Below are positions 10,782 through 21,341 of a stretch of DNA of 62,638 bases, piece by piece. How positions within the stretch are numbered: position 1 is the first letter of the stretch; every line of letters starts with the position of its first letter. Position numbers and translations under genes: made by a program. The notes under the pieces were generated by a model. The model ran no database searches and was not told the origin of the DNA. It saw only the letters and a list, made by a program, of their open reading frames with translations. Origin of the DNA: Campylobacterota bacterium (GTDB taxonomy: Bacteria > Campylobacterota > Campylobacteria > Campylobacterales > QNZT01); NCBI GenBank assembly GCA_022600175.1, contig JAHZKW010000137.1, forward strand, positions 1 to 62,638, written 5' to 3'.

Positions 10782-13442
10782 CTAGTCTAGTGTTGCTTGT
10801 TCTTCAACCTCTTTGAAGCTCTCTAAGTAATCACCTGGTTTGACATCATTATATCCAACAACACCAATACCACACTCATAGCCTTTGGCTACTTCTCTTA
10901 CATCATCTTTGAAACGTTTGAGTGAAGATACTTCACCTTCATAGATCACAACACCATTACGGATAACTCTTACTTTTGCACCTCTGTTGATTGTACCATC
11001 TGTTACAATAGACCCTGCAATAGCACCAAGTTTTGGTACCGTAAAGACTTCTCTAACTTCTGCTTGTCCAAGATTTTCTTCTCTAACAACTGGTGATAGA
11101 AGCCCTCCAAGTAGACCTTTTACATCATCAATTAAGTCATAAATGATGTTATATGTGTTGATACTGACACCTTGTTTTTTGGCTTTCTCTTTTACACTTC
11201 CTGTTGGTCTAACATTAAATCCAAGAATAACACAGTTTTCACTCGCTTCAGCAAGGGTGATATCACTTTCAGTGACCCCTCCCACACCTGAACTAATGAC
11301 GTTTACTTTGACCTCTTCATTTCTGAGTTTATCAAGACTACCTTTGATTGCCTCTAAACTTCCTGCAACATCCGCTTTAAGGATAATTGGAAGACTTTTG
11401 ATATTACCCTCGGCAATTTGTGCTCCAAGATCTTCAAGTGTCACTTTTGTTGATTTAGAGAGTTCTTTTTGTCTAATATAATCAGCTCTCTTATTTGCAT
11501 ATTCTCTAGCAATTTTGTCACTCTCTACACCTACAAGTGACTCACCTGCACCTGGTACTTCGCTAAGTCCTACGACCACACCTGGTTCACCAGGTAAGAT
11601 AGCTTTTAACTTTTCACCATCTTCATTTAAAAGTAGCTTGACTTTACCATAAGCAACACCACAGACAACAGTATCTCCCACTTTTAGCGTACCATTTTGC
11701 ATAATCACAGTTGCAACAGCACCTCTTCCTTTTTGGAGTGAGCTTTCGATAACTGTTGCTTTTGCTTTTGTATCTTTTTCTGCTTTAAGCTCTAAAATCT
11801 CAGCTTGAAGTAAAAGCACTTCTAAAAGATCATTAATACCTTCTCCTGTATGAGCAGAGAGGTTAATAAACTCATGTTCTCCACCCCAATCAGTTGGTGT
11901 TACACCTAATTCAGCAAGACCAGATTTTGCAAGATCAGGATTTGCATCAGGTTTATCAATTTTATTAATAGCAATGACAAATGGAACATCAGCAGCTTTT
12001 GCGTGTTCAATTGCCTCTTTAGTTTGTGGTTTTACACCATCATCTGCAGCAACTACGATAACAACAATATCAGTCGCTTGTGCACCGCGGCTTCGCATTT
12101 CAGTAAAAGCAGCATGCCCAGGTGTATCTATAAAAGTGATCTTTTGACCATCTTTTTCAATCATGTATGCACCGATATGTTGTGTGATACCGCCATGTTC
12201 ACCAGAAGCTACTTTTGTAGATCTGATTTTATCAAGTAGTGAAGTTTTACCATGATCAACATGTCCCATGATAGTAATGACAGGAGGTCTAATCTCTCCC
12301 TCATTTTGTCCCTCTTCATAGTCACTTTCATAATCAAACTCATCAAGAGGGTTAATTGTTGTTACTTCAATACCAAACTCTTCTGCTAAAATCTCTATAG
12401 CATCTTTATCTAAAAAGTCATTTTTAGTGACCATTACACCTAGTGTAAAAAGTACTTTGATAATGTCACTGATAGGACGGTCTAACTTCTCAGCAAATTC
12501 ATAAACCCTGATCTCTTCAGGAATCTCTACATGAGTGATTTCATTTGAAGTTGGTTCTTCTTTTCTCTTTTTTCTCTTTTTGGATTTTCTACTTATCCCT
12601 CTTTGTTGTGTAAAGCTTGTTTGCTTTGTTGCACGCATTTGTGTAGGGTCAAATTTTTTCTTAGTGGTCTTTTCTGTTTCAAATGTATTTTTATCTGTAA
12701 AGTCAAAATCATGTAAAACTACCATATCCTCTTCACCTAATATCTCAATACTTGAGATATCACCATTTGAAAAGATATCAATTTTTTCTGATTGATCTTG
12801 TTTTGCACTTGCTGCTTTTTTAATTTTTTTCTTTTTCTTTTGAGCACCATCAACAATTTGTGGCATCTCTAGCATCTTTTTACGACCACTAGAGACATTT
12901 GTTGAAGATTCAGGTTGCGCTGCTCTTTTCTTTTTAACGATGACAAGACCACGTCTTTTTTTCAGACTCGCTTGTGCTAAGGTCTCTTTTTTTACAGGAG
13001 TCTCTTTTTTAGGTTCTTCTGTTTTTGATGATTCTTTAGCTTTTTCTGGTGTTGGACTTTTTGTCTCTTGTGTTTGTGGTTTGGGTGCTTGAGGTTTTTT
13101 CTCTTCTTCTACAACTTTTGGTGTTGCCTTTTCCTCTTTGGCTACAGGAGTCTCTTCTTTAGGGACGGTTTTTTTAGTAGGTGTTTTGCTTTCAGCTTTC
13201 ACTTCTGTTGTTTTCTTGACAGTTGTTGTACTCTTTTTTGCTTTTGGCTTCTCTTCTTCGGATTTTTTAGGTCCATCATATACACCAGTCAAAATATAGT
13301 TCATTAAATTGCCCGCATCTTCAGTACTTACAGTACTATTAGCAGCTTTAGCGGGCATATCAATCTCTTTAGCTTTTGCAAGAACATCTTTGGCTTCCAT
13401 ACCTAGCTCTTGTGCTATCTCAATGATTCGAACTTTATCCAT
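10782..13442 (-). CDS. infB: Translation initiation factor IF-2
   Basis: GTPase motifs [19 protein letters not shown] and NKID. Lys/Glu/Pro-rich N-terminal region. 886 aa. Confidence 0.97.
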   Translation of the reverse strand: MDKVRIIEIAQELGMEAKDVLAKAKEIDMPAKAANSTVSTEDAGNLMNYILTGVYDGPKKSEEEKPKAKKSTTTVKKTTEVKAESKTPTKKTVPKEETPVAKEEKATPKVVEEEKKPQAPKPQTQETKSPTPEKAKESSKTEEPKKETPVKKETLAQASLKKRRGLVIVKKKRAAQPESSTNVSSGRKKMLEMPQIVDGAQKKKKKIKKAASAKQDQSEKIDIFSNGDISSIEILGEEDMVVLHDFDFTDKNTFETEKTTKKKFDPTQMRATKQTSFTQQRGISRKSKKRKKRKEEPTSNEITHVEIPEEIRVYEFAEKLDRPISDIIKVLFTLGVMVTKNDFLDKDAIEILAEEFGIEVTTINPLDEFDYESDYEEGQNEGEIRPPVITIMGHVDHGKTSLLDKIRSTKVASGEHGGITQHIGAYMIEKDGQKITFIDTPGHAAFTEMRSRGAQATDIVVIVVAADDGVKPQTKEAIEHAKAADVPFVIAINKIDKPDANPDLAKSGLAELGVTPTDWGGEHEFINLSAHTGEGINDLLEVLLLQAEILELKAEKDTKAKATVIESSLQKGRGAVATVIMQNGTLKVGDTVVCGVAYGKVKLLLNEDGEKLKAILPGEPGVVVGLSEVPGAGESLVGVESDKIAREYANKRADYIRQKELSKSTKVTLEDLGAQIAEGNIKSLPIILKADVAGSLEAIKGSLDKLRNEEVKVNVISSGVGGVTESDITLAEASENCVILGFNVRPTGSVKEKAKKQGVSINTYNIIYDLIDDVKGLLGGLLSPVVREENLGQAEVREVFTVPKLGAIAGSIVTDGTINRGAKVRVIRNGVVIYEGEVSSLKRFKDDVREVAKGYECGIGVVGYNDVKPGDYLESFKEVEEQATLD

Positions 13443-13668
13443 ATATTAAATTCTCCAGATCTGTTATTTTTATCTCTTTTTTACAAGCACGACTTAGTGA
13501 CTTTTGTAATTTTTTCTCTTTTTTCTCAAAGCATGTATAGCATAAGTAAAAACTTCTACCAAAATTTGTATAAAGCGTCAAGTTTCTATCTTCGCACTGC
13601 AATCTGATTAAATCTGTTTGGAGGGCTCTGTTTCTGCAGTTTATACACATTCTTATTGGGTCGGACAT
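13435..13668 (-). CDS. YlxR/DUF448 family RNA-binding protein
   Basis: RMCINCRNR... motif. 77 aa. Overlaps the infB start, as in nusA/ylxR/infB-type operons. Confidence 0.7.
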   Translation of the reverse strand: MSDPIRMCINCRNRALQTDLIRLQCEDRNLTLYTNFGRSFYLCYTCFEKKEKKLQKSLSRACKKEIKITDLENLIYG

Positions 13669-13717
13669 TTTTGATTAAACTCTTAACATTATAGGTAAAT
13701 TTCCTTAAAAACGTCCC

Positions 13718-14602
13718 TTAGTCCGTTATTAAATAGCCAGTATTATTAAAATCATAAATTTCTACTCTAAACTTTGGAAAATTTTGCATCAGTTTTTCTT
13801 TCAAATTGTGTGCATCATCAGCATAAACAAGATTGAAAAAAGTTGATCCACTTCCAGAGAGCGTACTCATCAAGGCACCATGTAAAAGTGCAGTTTTTTG
13901 AACTTCAAATAGTTCTCGCATCGCTGTCATACGGATATGTTGATGCAATTTATCTTGTGAAGCTGCTTGCAATACTTTCCAATCTTCATTAAAAAATGCC
14001 GCTGTTAAGACAGCACTATGAGATAGGTTAAAAACGGCTTTTTGCATCGAAATATTTCTAGGCATTTTTGCACGTGATTTTTGTGTGGACATTGGTTTAT
14101 CAGGAATGACCACAACTGCTTTTAAATAGGAAGGAATCTCTTTTTTTTGTGTGACAACCCTCTCATTTTTGACTGTTAATGAGGCTGTGAAGCCGCCAAA
14201 AACTGCTGGTGCAATGTTATCTGGGTGTGGTTCGTAGAAAAGTGCTTTATTTAAGATTGAGTCTCTAGAGAGTGAAACCTCTGCCAAATGATAAGCACTG
14301 GCAATTGCTGAGACAATGACCGCAGATGAGCTACCTAAGCCTCTTGAAAAAGGAATATTATTATTAAATTCAAATCTAAAATTATCACGTCGCCCAATGA
14401 GTTTGATATAAAAGTTATAAAAAATACTGACAAATTGATTATTTGTTTTTAGTTTTGGTTTATTTGCACCTTCACCCTTGATATTAATTGTGAGATAGTC
14501 TGAAGGTTTGATAGAGATATGATTATTGAGGTCAATTGCCAATCCAAGTGAGTCAAATCCCGGACCTAAATTTGCGCTGGTTGCAGGTACATCAATAATC
14601 AA
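13718..14602 (-). CDS. thrB: Homoserine kinase
   Basis: GHMP kinase motifs NLGPGFDSLGLA and PFSRGLGSSSA. Confidence 0.9.
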   Translation of the reverse strand: MIIDVPATSANLGPGFDSLGLAIDLNNHISIKPSDYLTINIKGEGANKPKLKTNNQFVSIFYNFYIKLIGRRDNFRFEFNNNIPFSRGLGSSSAVIVSAIASAYHLAEVSLSRDSILNKALFYEPHPDNIAPAVFGGFTASLTVKNERVVTQKKEIPSYLKAVVVIPDKPMSTQKSRAKMPRNISMQKAVFNLSHSAVLTAAFFNEDWKVLQAASQDKLHQHIRMTAMRELFEVQKTALLHGALMSTLSGSGSTFFNLVYADDAHNLKEKLMQNFPKFRVEIYDFNNTGYLITD

Positions 14603-14616
14603 TTTTCATTTCCTCT

Positions 14617-15006
14617 CTAAAGGGCTGGTAACACGTAAAGCGGTTCACTATCACTTGAATAACATGTGATATCTAATTGTTGGGGCAGAGCAAAACTATT
14701 TTGTGTCAATTTTATATCCCCAATTTTTTGAGTCGAGATTCTACCATCTTTTTTTATAAAGTAAAGATTGCCAATTGCTTTGATAGGACTATTTTGGTTA
14801 AAAGTAAATCCATCTGTTGCAAAAAGTTGCAAATTTTTTGTGATAGAGATTGTTTTTAGAAAAAGGTAGGTGATTTTTATCGCCATAAAACTTCCTGGAC
14901 CTTTAGCGTAAAAGAGTCTATTGATTGTATACTCTTTTATGATTTTTTTAAATAAAGATGGCAGTATATCACTTGTTTTTTCATTGCTTTGGTATTGGTC
15001 GATCAA
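14617..15006 (-). CDS. TsaB/YeaZ-like protein (tRNA t6A biosynthesis partner). The N-terminus probably extends upstream of the listed TTG.
   Basis: GPGSFMAIKITYLF resembles the TsaB GPGSFTGLRIG motif. The same frame stays open to 15111 and encodes ILVISLTSPLLIGVY, a TsaB-like first strand. Confidence 0.55.
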   Translation of the reverse strand: MIDQYQSNEKTSDILPSLFKKIIKEYTINRLFYAKGPGSFMAIKITYLFLKTISITKNLQLFATDGFTFNQNSPIKAIGNLYFIKKDGRISTQKIGDIKLTQNSFALPQQLDITCYSSDSEPLYVLPAL

Positions 15007-15074
15007 TTTATCCTCTTCATAAACACCTATTAATAGTGGTGAGGTAAGTGATATGACTAAGATATCAACCTGTT

Positions 15075-15959
15075 TTATGCATAAGCCTTTGAAAAGGTAG
15101 CATCGATTACTTTATCAAACTCTTCAACACGATAGTTCTCTGTGGATTTTAAAATCTCTTTTGTCAAAAGGTGGTTTAGGTGGTGACTTCCTGCATGAGA
15201 TTCATATTTCCCAATATAAGGCATGCCTAAGAGTGCAAGATCACCGATTGCATCTAAGATTTTATGCCGTACAAATTCATTGCCAAATCGAAGACCATCT
15301 TCATTAATTATTTTTTTGTCATCTAGTACAATGGCATTTTCAAGTGAGGCACCAAGTGCTAAGTTTTGTGCACGAAGCATCTGTACATCTTTTAAGAAAC
15401 CAAAGGTTCTAGCCCTAGAGATTTGATCAAGATAGTTCTTTTTACTAAAGTTTAGATGATACTTTTGAAAACCAATTGCTGGGTGTTTAAAGTCTACAGA
15501 AAAAAGAAATTGACTGATTGTATCTGGAGATATCTTTGAGTACTTATCTCCATCACGTACTTCTACCTCTTTTTCTAAAATCATTACTTTTTTATTAGCA
15601 TGTTGCTCTTGTACACCTACTTCATTGATCATCATTGCAAAGCTTGCACTGCTTCCATCCATGACAGGTACTTCTGAAGCACCTATTTTGATTAGGAGGT
15701 TGTCAATACCAAAAGCATATACAGCTGAAAGAAGGTGCTCAATTGTTGAGATATTGTTTCCTTCTTTACCAATCACTGTTGCCATCATTGTGTTAACAAC
15801 ATTTTCAGGTGTTGCTTCTATATATGTTTTAGTATCCGTTCTATAAAATACGATTCCACTATTTGCTTCAAGTGGGTGAAAAGAGAAAGGTATTGGTTCA
15901 CCTTTATGTAGACCGATACCTACACCTTCAATTTTCTTCTTTATCGTAAGTTGTTTCAA
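15075..15959 (-). CDS. lpxC: UDP-3-O-acyl-N-acetylglucosamine deacetylase
   Basis: LpxC motifs TIEHLLSA, FVRHKILDAIGDLALLG and HAGSHHLNH. Confidence 0.95.
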   Translation of the reverse strand: MKQLTIKKKIEGVGIGLHKGEPIPFSFHPLEANSGIVFYRTDTKTYIEATPENVVNTMMATVIGKEGNNISTIEHLLSAVYAFGIDNLLIKIGASEVPVMDGSSASFAMMINEVGVQEQHANKKVMILEKEVEVRDGDKYSKISPDTISQFLFSVDFKHPAIGFQKYHLNFSKKNYLDQISRARTFGFLKDVQMLRAQNLALGASLENAIVLDDKKIINEDGLRFGNEFVRHKILDAIGDLALLGMPYIGKYESHAGSHHLNHLLTKEILKSTENYRVEEFDKVIDATFSKAYA

Positions 15960-16588
15960 AAAATATCCTTTATCACTGCTCCAGCAGATGAATAGGTAAC
16001 TTTTTTCAAAGTACCATTAAAATGCTCTTTCTCTAAAATATCACCATTAAAGATGATATGTCCTTTACCTAGTTCTTTGACGATCATATAGTCGCCATCA
16101 CACTGTACAAGACCATCAATTGCCCCATAAACTTCAACATTACCTTCAGCAATGACTTTAGCAGCACTGTTTACACGACCAAAAATAGTCACATCACCTT
16201 CGTGTATTACAACTTCACCAGATCTAATAGGTTTTTCAATTAAAAGTGTTTGTACTCTTGGTTCCGCTTGTATGGTAACGATAGGCTGTTGATTGGGTGT
16301 ACTCTTTTGTGCTTGGGGCTCAGCTTCTGTTACACTTTTGGATATTATATCACGATTTTGATCATTATTCGTCTTAGAAGAAAAATTTAATTTACAATCA
16401 TCAGATAAAATAAAGCATATATTGTGACTATCAAGATATTGTGTTACTTTTGGTGTGATATCTCCCTTTAATACTAAAAGATACTCTTTTAAAAGTATAA
16501 GGTTTTTTTCCATATAAGGAAAAAAATCAGCTTCATTTTCGATCTCTATATTAAAAATACGTAAGGTTTTCTGTTTTGCTTTGACCAT
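15956..16588 (-). CDS. minC: Septum site-determining protein MinC
   Basis: C-terminal beta-helix repeat region IRSGEVVIHEGDVTIFGRVNSAAKVIAEGNVEVYGAIDG. 210 aa. Confidence 0.75.
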   Translation of the reverse strand: MVKAKQKTLRIFNIEIENEADFFPYMEKNLILLKEYLLVLKGDITPKVTQYLDSHNICFILSDDCKLNFSSKTNNDQNRDIISKSVTEAEPQAQKSTPNQQPIVTIQAEPRVQTLLIEKPIRSGEVVIHEGDVTIFGRVNSAAKVIAEGNVEVYGAIDGLVQCDGDYMIVKELGKGHIIFNGDILEKEHFNGTLKKVTYSSAGAVIKDIF

Positions 16589-16629
16589 TATGCTTCTCCT
16601 TTAACTCTATAAAACCATTAGGTTGTAGA

Positions 16630-18015
16630 CTATTTATCAATCATCTTTTTTGCACCATTAATGACATCTGTGATATTGGTTTGTATCCATTTTGAGTCCA
16701 TCCACTCTGCAGGTCTTACAAATATACCTTGTACCAACATGCTGACATGAAGATGATCTCCTAGTGCTAATCCTGTAGCTCCTGTGCGGGCTGCAACTTC
16801 GCTTGGTTCAATGAGGCTTCCTCTTTGGACTAAGATACTTGAACAGTGTGCATAAAGTGTATAGAGCCCTAATCCATGATAGACAATGAGGTTATTACCA
16901 TAAATTCCGTTGTAGTTTGCATATACACATACTCCAGGGTTAGTGATACGGATTTCATCCATCTTGATACTAGCGAGATCAAGCCCTAAATGATAGGCTT
17001 CGCTGATGATATTTTCTTTATCTTTATAGTAGTAATAACGATGATCTCCATAGCTTCCTACAACTTTACCATTACGTAAAGGGTAAAATGGTTTGATATC
17101 AAAATCTTGGATCATATTAGAGTCTATTTTTGAGGTAATCTTTTTAATCAGTGCATCATTTTCATCTCTATAGATACGATTGACAAAGTCGAGTTTTTTT
17201 GTCGGACTGAGATTCTCTGTTTTTTCTGGACGATCTTCAGCAAGTTCTGCAATTTTACCGTTGATAAAACTATCTTTTGCTTGGAGGTGGGATTCTCGAT
17301 ATTTTCTATTTTTTAAGAAGAAACTGAGTTTTGAACGTGTTTTGTTACCTGCATGATCGATCGCAATTACTTTGGCAGAGAAACGTTTCTCTTTAAGTGG
17401 CCATGCTACTAACGCGGCGTAATAACCCTCTTTGTAAAATTTTGTTGGATAAAACTTTTTGCCAAAGTTTGTTTCAATATAGAGTTCATGTAAGTTTTTG
17501 TCTTCTGCTTTAAAGATTGCTAGTGCAGAACCCCCCTTGGTAATACCGTAAGAGGTGATAAGTGAGAAGACGTCTGGACGCTGATTGTCAAGTGTGAGGA
17601 TTGACTCTTTTTGTGTGTGGTTACCTGCAAAATAGTTCCACTTACTGATATCTGTTGCCATGACTGTAAGTTTTAGTTTGTCTTTTGTCTTGCTTAGCCC
17701 AATTTTAGGGTAAGTAACTTTTAGTGTATATGTCTGTTTTGGCTTATTAAAGGTTTCATCTACAATTTTTACACTATTGGTACCATCACTTAAAAATGCC
17801 TGTACTTGTTTTAATCCAGTATCATCACTGAGTGTGACTTCAATAGCTCTACTACTGTTCCAGTAGCGTGATTTTTCTAAATTAATTTCTGGTCTGTTTT
17901 TTTCAAATAGTGGTGAATTTAATTGAGAATAAGCCCAGAGTCCTAACCCTATTAACAGTAATAAGATAAGAAGTGCTCCTAAAGAGAACCCTTTTTTGAC
18001 TTGTTGACTATCCAT
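16630..18015 (-). CDS. M23 family metallopeptidase (cell-shape/LytM-type) with N-terminal TM anchor
   Basis: M23 motifs HLGLDLA and GATGLALGDHLHVSM. Single N-terminal TM helix. Confidence 0.85.
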   Translation of the reverse strand: MDSQQVKKGFSLGALLILLLLIGLGLWAYSQLNSPLFEKNRPEINLEKSRYWNSSRAIEVTLSDDTGLKQVQAFLSDGTNSVKIVDETFNKPKQTYTLKVTYPKIGLSKTKDKLKLTVMATDISKWNYFAGNHTQKESILTLDNQRPDVFSLITSYGITKGGSALAIFKAEDKNLHELYIETNFGKKFYPTKFYKEGYYAALVAWPLKEKRFSAKVIAIDHAGNKTRSKLSFFLKNRKYRESHLQAKDSFINGKIAELAEDRPEKTENLSPTKKLDFVNRIYRDENDALIKKITSKIDSNMIQDFDIKPFYPLRNGKVVGSYGDHRYYYYKDKENIISEAYHLGLDLASIKMDEIRITNPGVCVYANYNGIYGNNLIVYHGLGLYTLYAHCSSILVQRGSLIEPSEVAARTGATGLALGDHLHVSMLVQGIFVRPAEWMDSKWIQTNITDVINGAKKMIDK

Positions 18016-18943
18016 TATGTACCTTTGTAAGTATGTTGTTTATAAGTGTTTCTTTTTCTATCTCTTCAGAGATAAAGCCTGCTGCTTTAGCATGTCCACC
18101 GCCTCCAAATGAGAGTGCTATTTTTGAGACATCTAGATCTGTTTTGCTACGCAGTGAAACTTTGAAACTACCATTTTTCTCTTCAAAAAGAAAAATTGCC
18201 AGTGAAGTGGTACTTAAGTTGCGTAAAATGTCAACAAGATGATCGCAATCGCTTTTTAAAGCACCACTGCTTTGTAAATTCTCTTGTGTTACGGTACCAA
18301 CTGCTACTGTGGCATCTTGCAAGAGTTCGATGGAATTTATAAAGAGTCCTGTCATTCTTGTTTTTGCAAGTGAATTACGCATCTTTAAGTTACGTGCAAT
18401 TTGTGCTGGTTTGATTCCCACGGAGACTAGTTTTGCAGCTTCTAAAAAGGTACTTTCATGACAATTACTAAATGTAAAAAAGCCTGTATCTTCAACAAGT
18501 CCTGTATAGATACAGAGTGCCTCATCATAAGTGAGTGTATGTTCATACTCTAGTAGACGTTTAGCGACAAGTGTACAGCTCTCTGCTTCACTTTCAATGA
18601 TATTGATATCACCATAATAGTTATTACTTTTGTGATGGTCTACATTGAGTATTTTAAAATCACCTTTTGGAATACCCAGTCTGTCAAAACTACCACAGTC
18701 AAAAGAGATTAAGAGATCACATTGTGTGGGAAAACTATTTTTGATTTTTTGAAAGTTTGGTAAAAAGTCATATTTGTTTGCAATATCTTTGGTTGCATTG
18801 AAAAGTGTGACATTTTTGCCCATTTTCTTTAATATAGGATAAAATGAGAGCGCGCTACCTAATGTATCTGCATCCGGATTCATATGTGATATGAGTGTGA
18901 TGTAGTGACTTTCTTGAATAAGATCCCATGCCTGTTTGTGCAC
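18008..18943 (-). CDS. DHH/DHHA1 family phosphoesterase (NrnA-like)
   Basis: Motifs HMNPDADTLGS, VDHHKSN and the DHHA1 motif GGGGHAKAAGF. Confidence 0.8.
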   Translation of the reverse strand: MHKQAWDLIQESHYITLISHMNPDADTLGSALSFYPILKKMGKNVTLFNATKDIANKYDFLPNFQKIKNSFPTQCDLLISFDCGSFDRLGIPKGDFKILNVDHHKSNNYYGDINIIESEAESCTLVAKRLLEYEHTLTYDEALCIYTGLVEDTGFFTFSNCHESTFLEAAKLVSVGIKPAQIARNLKMRNSLAKTRMTGLFINSIELLQDATVAVGTVTQENLQSSGALKSDCDHLVDILRNLSTTSLAIFLFEEKNGSFKVSLRSKTDLDVSKIALSFGGGGHAKAAGFISEEIEKETLINNILTKVHNG

Positions 18944-18999
18944 TAAATACCTTCTAATAATTTTCAGTGCAGTGTAGTAAAAAGTTACTAAGAAGCTGT

Positions 19000-20064
19000 T
19001 TAGTTTATCCCTGATCGATTTTGACTTTGAAAAACAAATGCCAATACTTCAGCCACTGCCTTATAGAGATTTTCAGGAATAACTTCATCCACTTCAACTG
19101 CACCATATAATTGTCTAGCTAAGGGTGGGTTTTCGACTACTTGTATGCTATTATCTCGACCTATCTCTTTAATTTTTAAAGCGATATGGTCTACCCCTTT
19201 TGCGATGACTCTTGGTGCTTGTTCCCGCTCTTTGTCATAACGAAGGGCTACTGCATAGTGTGTTGGGTTTGTGATGATGACATCGGCACTTGGGATATCA
19301 CTCATCATACGCTTTTGGGCAATTTGCATTTGTACTTGTTTGATTTTTGCTTTGATATGGGGATCACCCTCAAGTTGTTTGTACTCATCTTTGATCTCTT
19401 GTTTACTCATACGAAGATCTTTAAAGTATTGAAATCGAACAATTAATAGATCAACAATACCTAAAATAAAAAAGATCATTAACATCACAAGAACCAAGAT
19501 GATAATCTTTTCAACCAGCCACTGCATCTGTTCCATCATGGCAAAGTTAATTACAGTGGGAAGTTCTTTGATATAGTCTAAAAGAAAATAAAATGCTATG
19601 GAGAAGACAATGGTCACTTTGACGGTAATCTTGATCCCTTCAATCAACTTTTTCATCGAAAAAAGTTTACCGAGTCCTTTGATAGGGTCAATTTTTTTAA
19701 GATCTGGTACCAGTGGTTTGGTGGTAAAGACAAAACCAAACTGCATCAGTCCTGCTAGAATACCAGAAATAGCAACAATCGTAGCTACTGGGATAACCAT
19801 AAAGAGTAACTCTTTTAAGGAGACAAAACCAATTTGAAAAACTACATTTTTAGTCAGTGGTACACCAATAAAGGAGATATAGTATTCATAGAGATATTGA
19901 ATTCGACTGGTAATAAAAATAACCAATGCAAAGAGTGCAACAACTGCAACGGTGAGTGTGACAAAACTACTGGTATCTTGACTTCTTGGAACATTACCTT
20001 CTTTACGGGCATCTTCAATCTTTTTGGAGGTGGGCTCTTCGGTTTTTTCCATATCATCAGCCAT
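19000..20064 (-). CDS. flhB: Flagellar export apparatus protein FlhB
   Basis: N-terminal EKTEEPTSKKIEDARKEGNVPRS and the autocleavage motif NPTHYAVAL. 354 aa. Confidence 0.95.
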   Translation of the reverse strand: MADDMEKTEEPTSKKIEDARKEGNVPRSQDTSSFVTLTVAVVALFALVIFITSRIQYLYEYYISFIGVPLTKNVVFQIGFVSLKELLFMVIPVATIVAISGILAGLMQFGFVFTTKPLVPDLKKIDPIKGLGKLFSMKKLIEGIKITVKVTIVFSIAFYFLLDYIKELPTVINFAMMEQMQWLVEKIIILVLVMLMIFFILGIVDLLIVRFQYFKDLRMSKQEIKDEYKQLEGDPHIKAKIKQVQMQIAQKRMMSDIPSADVIITNPTHYAVALRYDKEREQAPRVIAKGVDHIALKIKEIGRDNSIQVVENPPLARQLYGAVEVDEVIPENLYKAVAEVLAFVFQSQNRSGIN

Positions 20065-20120
20065 ATTACCTCCTTATGTTACATTTTGTAAATTATCACA
20101 CAAATGTCATATTAAATAGA

Positions 20121-20146
20121 TTAAAAAATAAAAGAATACTCCGATA
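20121..20146 (+). promoter_or_regulatory. Candidate sigma-28 (FliA)-type promoter TAAA-N14-TCCGATAT upstream of the HD-GYP gene
   Basis: TCCGATAT at 20139-20146, 30 nt upstream of the ATG at 20176. TAAA at 20121-20124. See the findings for base-rate caveats. Confidence 0.3.
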
Positions 20147-20175
20147 TTCATACAGACTGAGTAAGGAATTAGGTA

Positions 20176-21333
20176 ATGTATAATGTATTTTTTTATGATA
20201 AGGAGAATCTTAGTACAACAGATGCATTGATACGTACTGTGAGTGCATTTGCTATCAGTTATATTGCCATAACATATAGTTTAGATTATCTATGGTTCAT
20301 AACAGCTTATTTGGTCTTCTCATCTGTAACAAGATCATGTATTATTTACCATATGCTTGGTATTAATAAGTCAATGTTAAAACTCAATTATTATCTTAAT
20401 TTCTTACCAAAATATAATCCGTCGCCAGTTTTTATTTTTAGTATTAATGGAGAGATTAGCTTTCAAAATTATACTTCAAAAGTCAAGTTACCAGAGATTA
20501 CAACGATTAAAAGTTTTGGTCTGTATGATTATAGCCGAATATCAAGTATTCAATATCAACAAGAGAGTTTAACATATCAAGTCAATATTAAATTTGTATC
20601 TCAGATTAATGCTTTTTTTGTCTACTTAACGGATATTACGGCAGTCATTGAGCTACAAGATGAGATTGAGCAAACACAAATTGAGATTGTTGAACTTATG
20701 GGCATGATTGGGGAAACGAGATCAAGAGAGACGGGCAATCATGTACGAAGAGTTGCCGAGTACTCTAAATTATTGGCACTCAAATTAGGCTTGAGTGAGA
20801 AAGAGGCGGAGATTATTCGGATTGCAAGTCCTATGCATGATATCGGTAAAGTAGGGATTCCTGATGCTATTTTAAATAAACCTGGTAGACTCACTGTCGA
20901 TGAGTTTGAGATCATGAAAGAACATGCAACTTTGGGATATGAGTTGTTAAAGAACTCAGATAAAGAGATCTTACAAGTTGCTGCTATTATCGCACATGAA
21001 CACCATGAAAAATATAACGGTAAGGGGTATCCTAGAGGATTAAAAGGTGAAGCGATACATATTTATGGACGTATTGTTGCTGTTGCTGATGTGTTTGATG
21101 CACTAGGTAGTGAGCGGGTCTATAAAAAAGCGTGGGAGTTAGATCGTATTTTAACTTTGTTTAAAGAAGAACGTGGTGAATCTTTTGATCCTAAGATTAT
21201 TGATCTGCTTTTTGAAAATTTAGAAGCATTTTTAGTGATTCAAAGTAAATATCAAGATATCAGTACAGAGACTAAATTACAAAATCTTATTGCAGAAGAT
21301 AAGGATACATCTGTCCCTATGTTAGAAACATAA
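20176..21333 (+). CDS. HD-GYP domain c-di-GMP phosphodiesterase with N-terminal membrane (DUF2892-like) and sensor region
   Basis: HD-GYP motifs HVRRVAEY, PMHDIGKVGIPD and HHEKYNGKGYPRGL. N-terminal hydrophobic segment ending SCIIYHMLGIN. Confidence 0.9.
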   Translation: MYNVFFYDKENLSTTDALIRTVSAFAISYIAITYSLDYLWFITAYLVFSSVTRSCIIYHMLGINKSMLKLNYYLNFLPKYNPSPVFIFSINGEISFQNYTSKVKLPEITTIKSFGLYDYSRISSIQYQQESLTYQVNIKFVSQINAFFVYLTDITAVIELQDEIEQTQIEIVELMGMIGETRSRETGNHVRRVAEYSKLLALKLGLSEKEAEIIRIASPMHDIGKVGIPDAILNKPGRLTVDEFEIMKEHATLGYELLKNSDKEILQVAAIIAHEHHEKYNGKGYPRGLKGEAIHIYGRIVAVADVFDALGSERVYKKAWELDRILTLFKEERGESFDPKIIDLLFENLEAFLVIQSKYQDISTETKLQNLIAEDKDTSVPMLET

Positions 21334-21341
21334 GTAAAAAG

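Noticed and set aside
12880-13300. A repetitive Lys/Glu/Pro/Thr-rich segment near the 5' end of infB, considered as a possible tandem repeat or insertion.
   Set aside because: A low-complexity, charged N-terminal region is a normal feature of bacterial IF-2. I could not discern an exact nucleotide tandem repeat.
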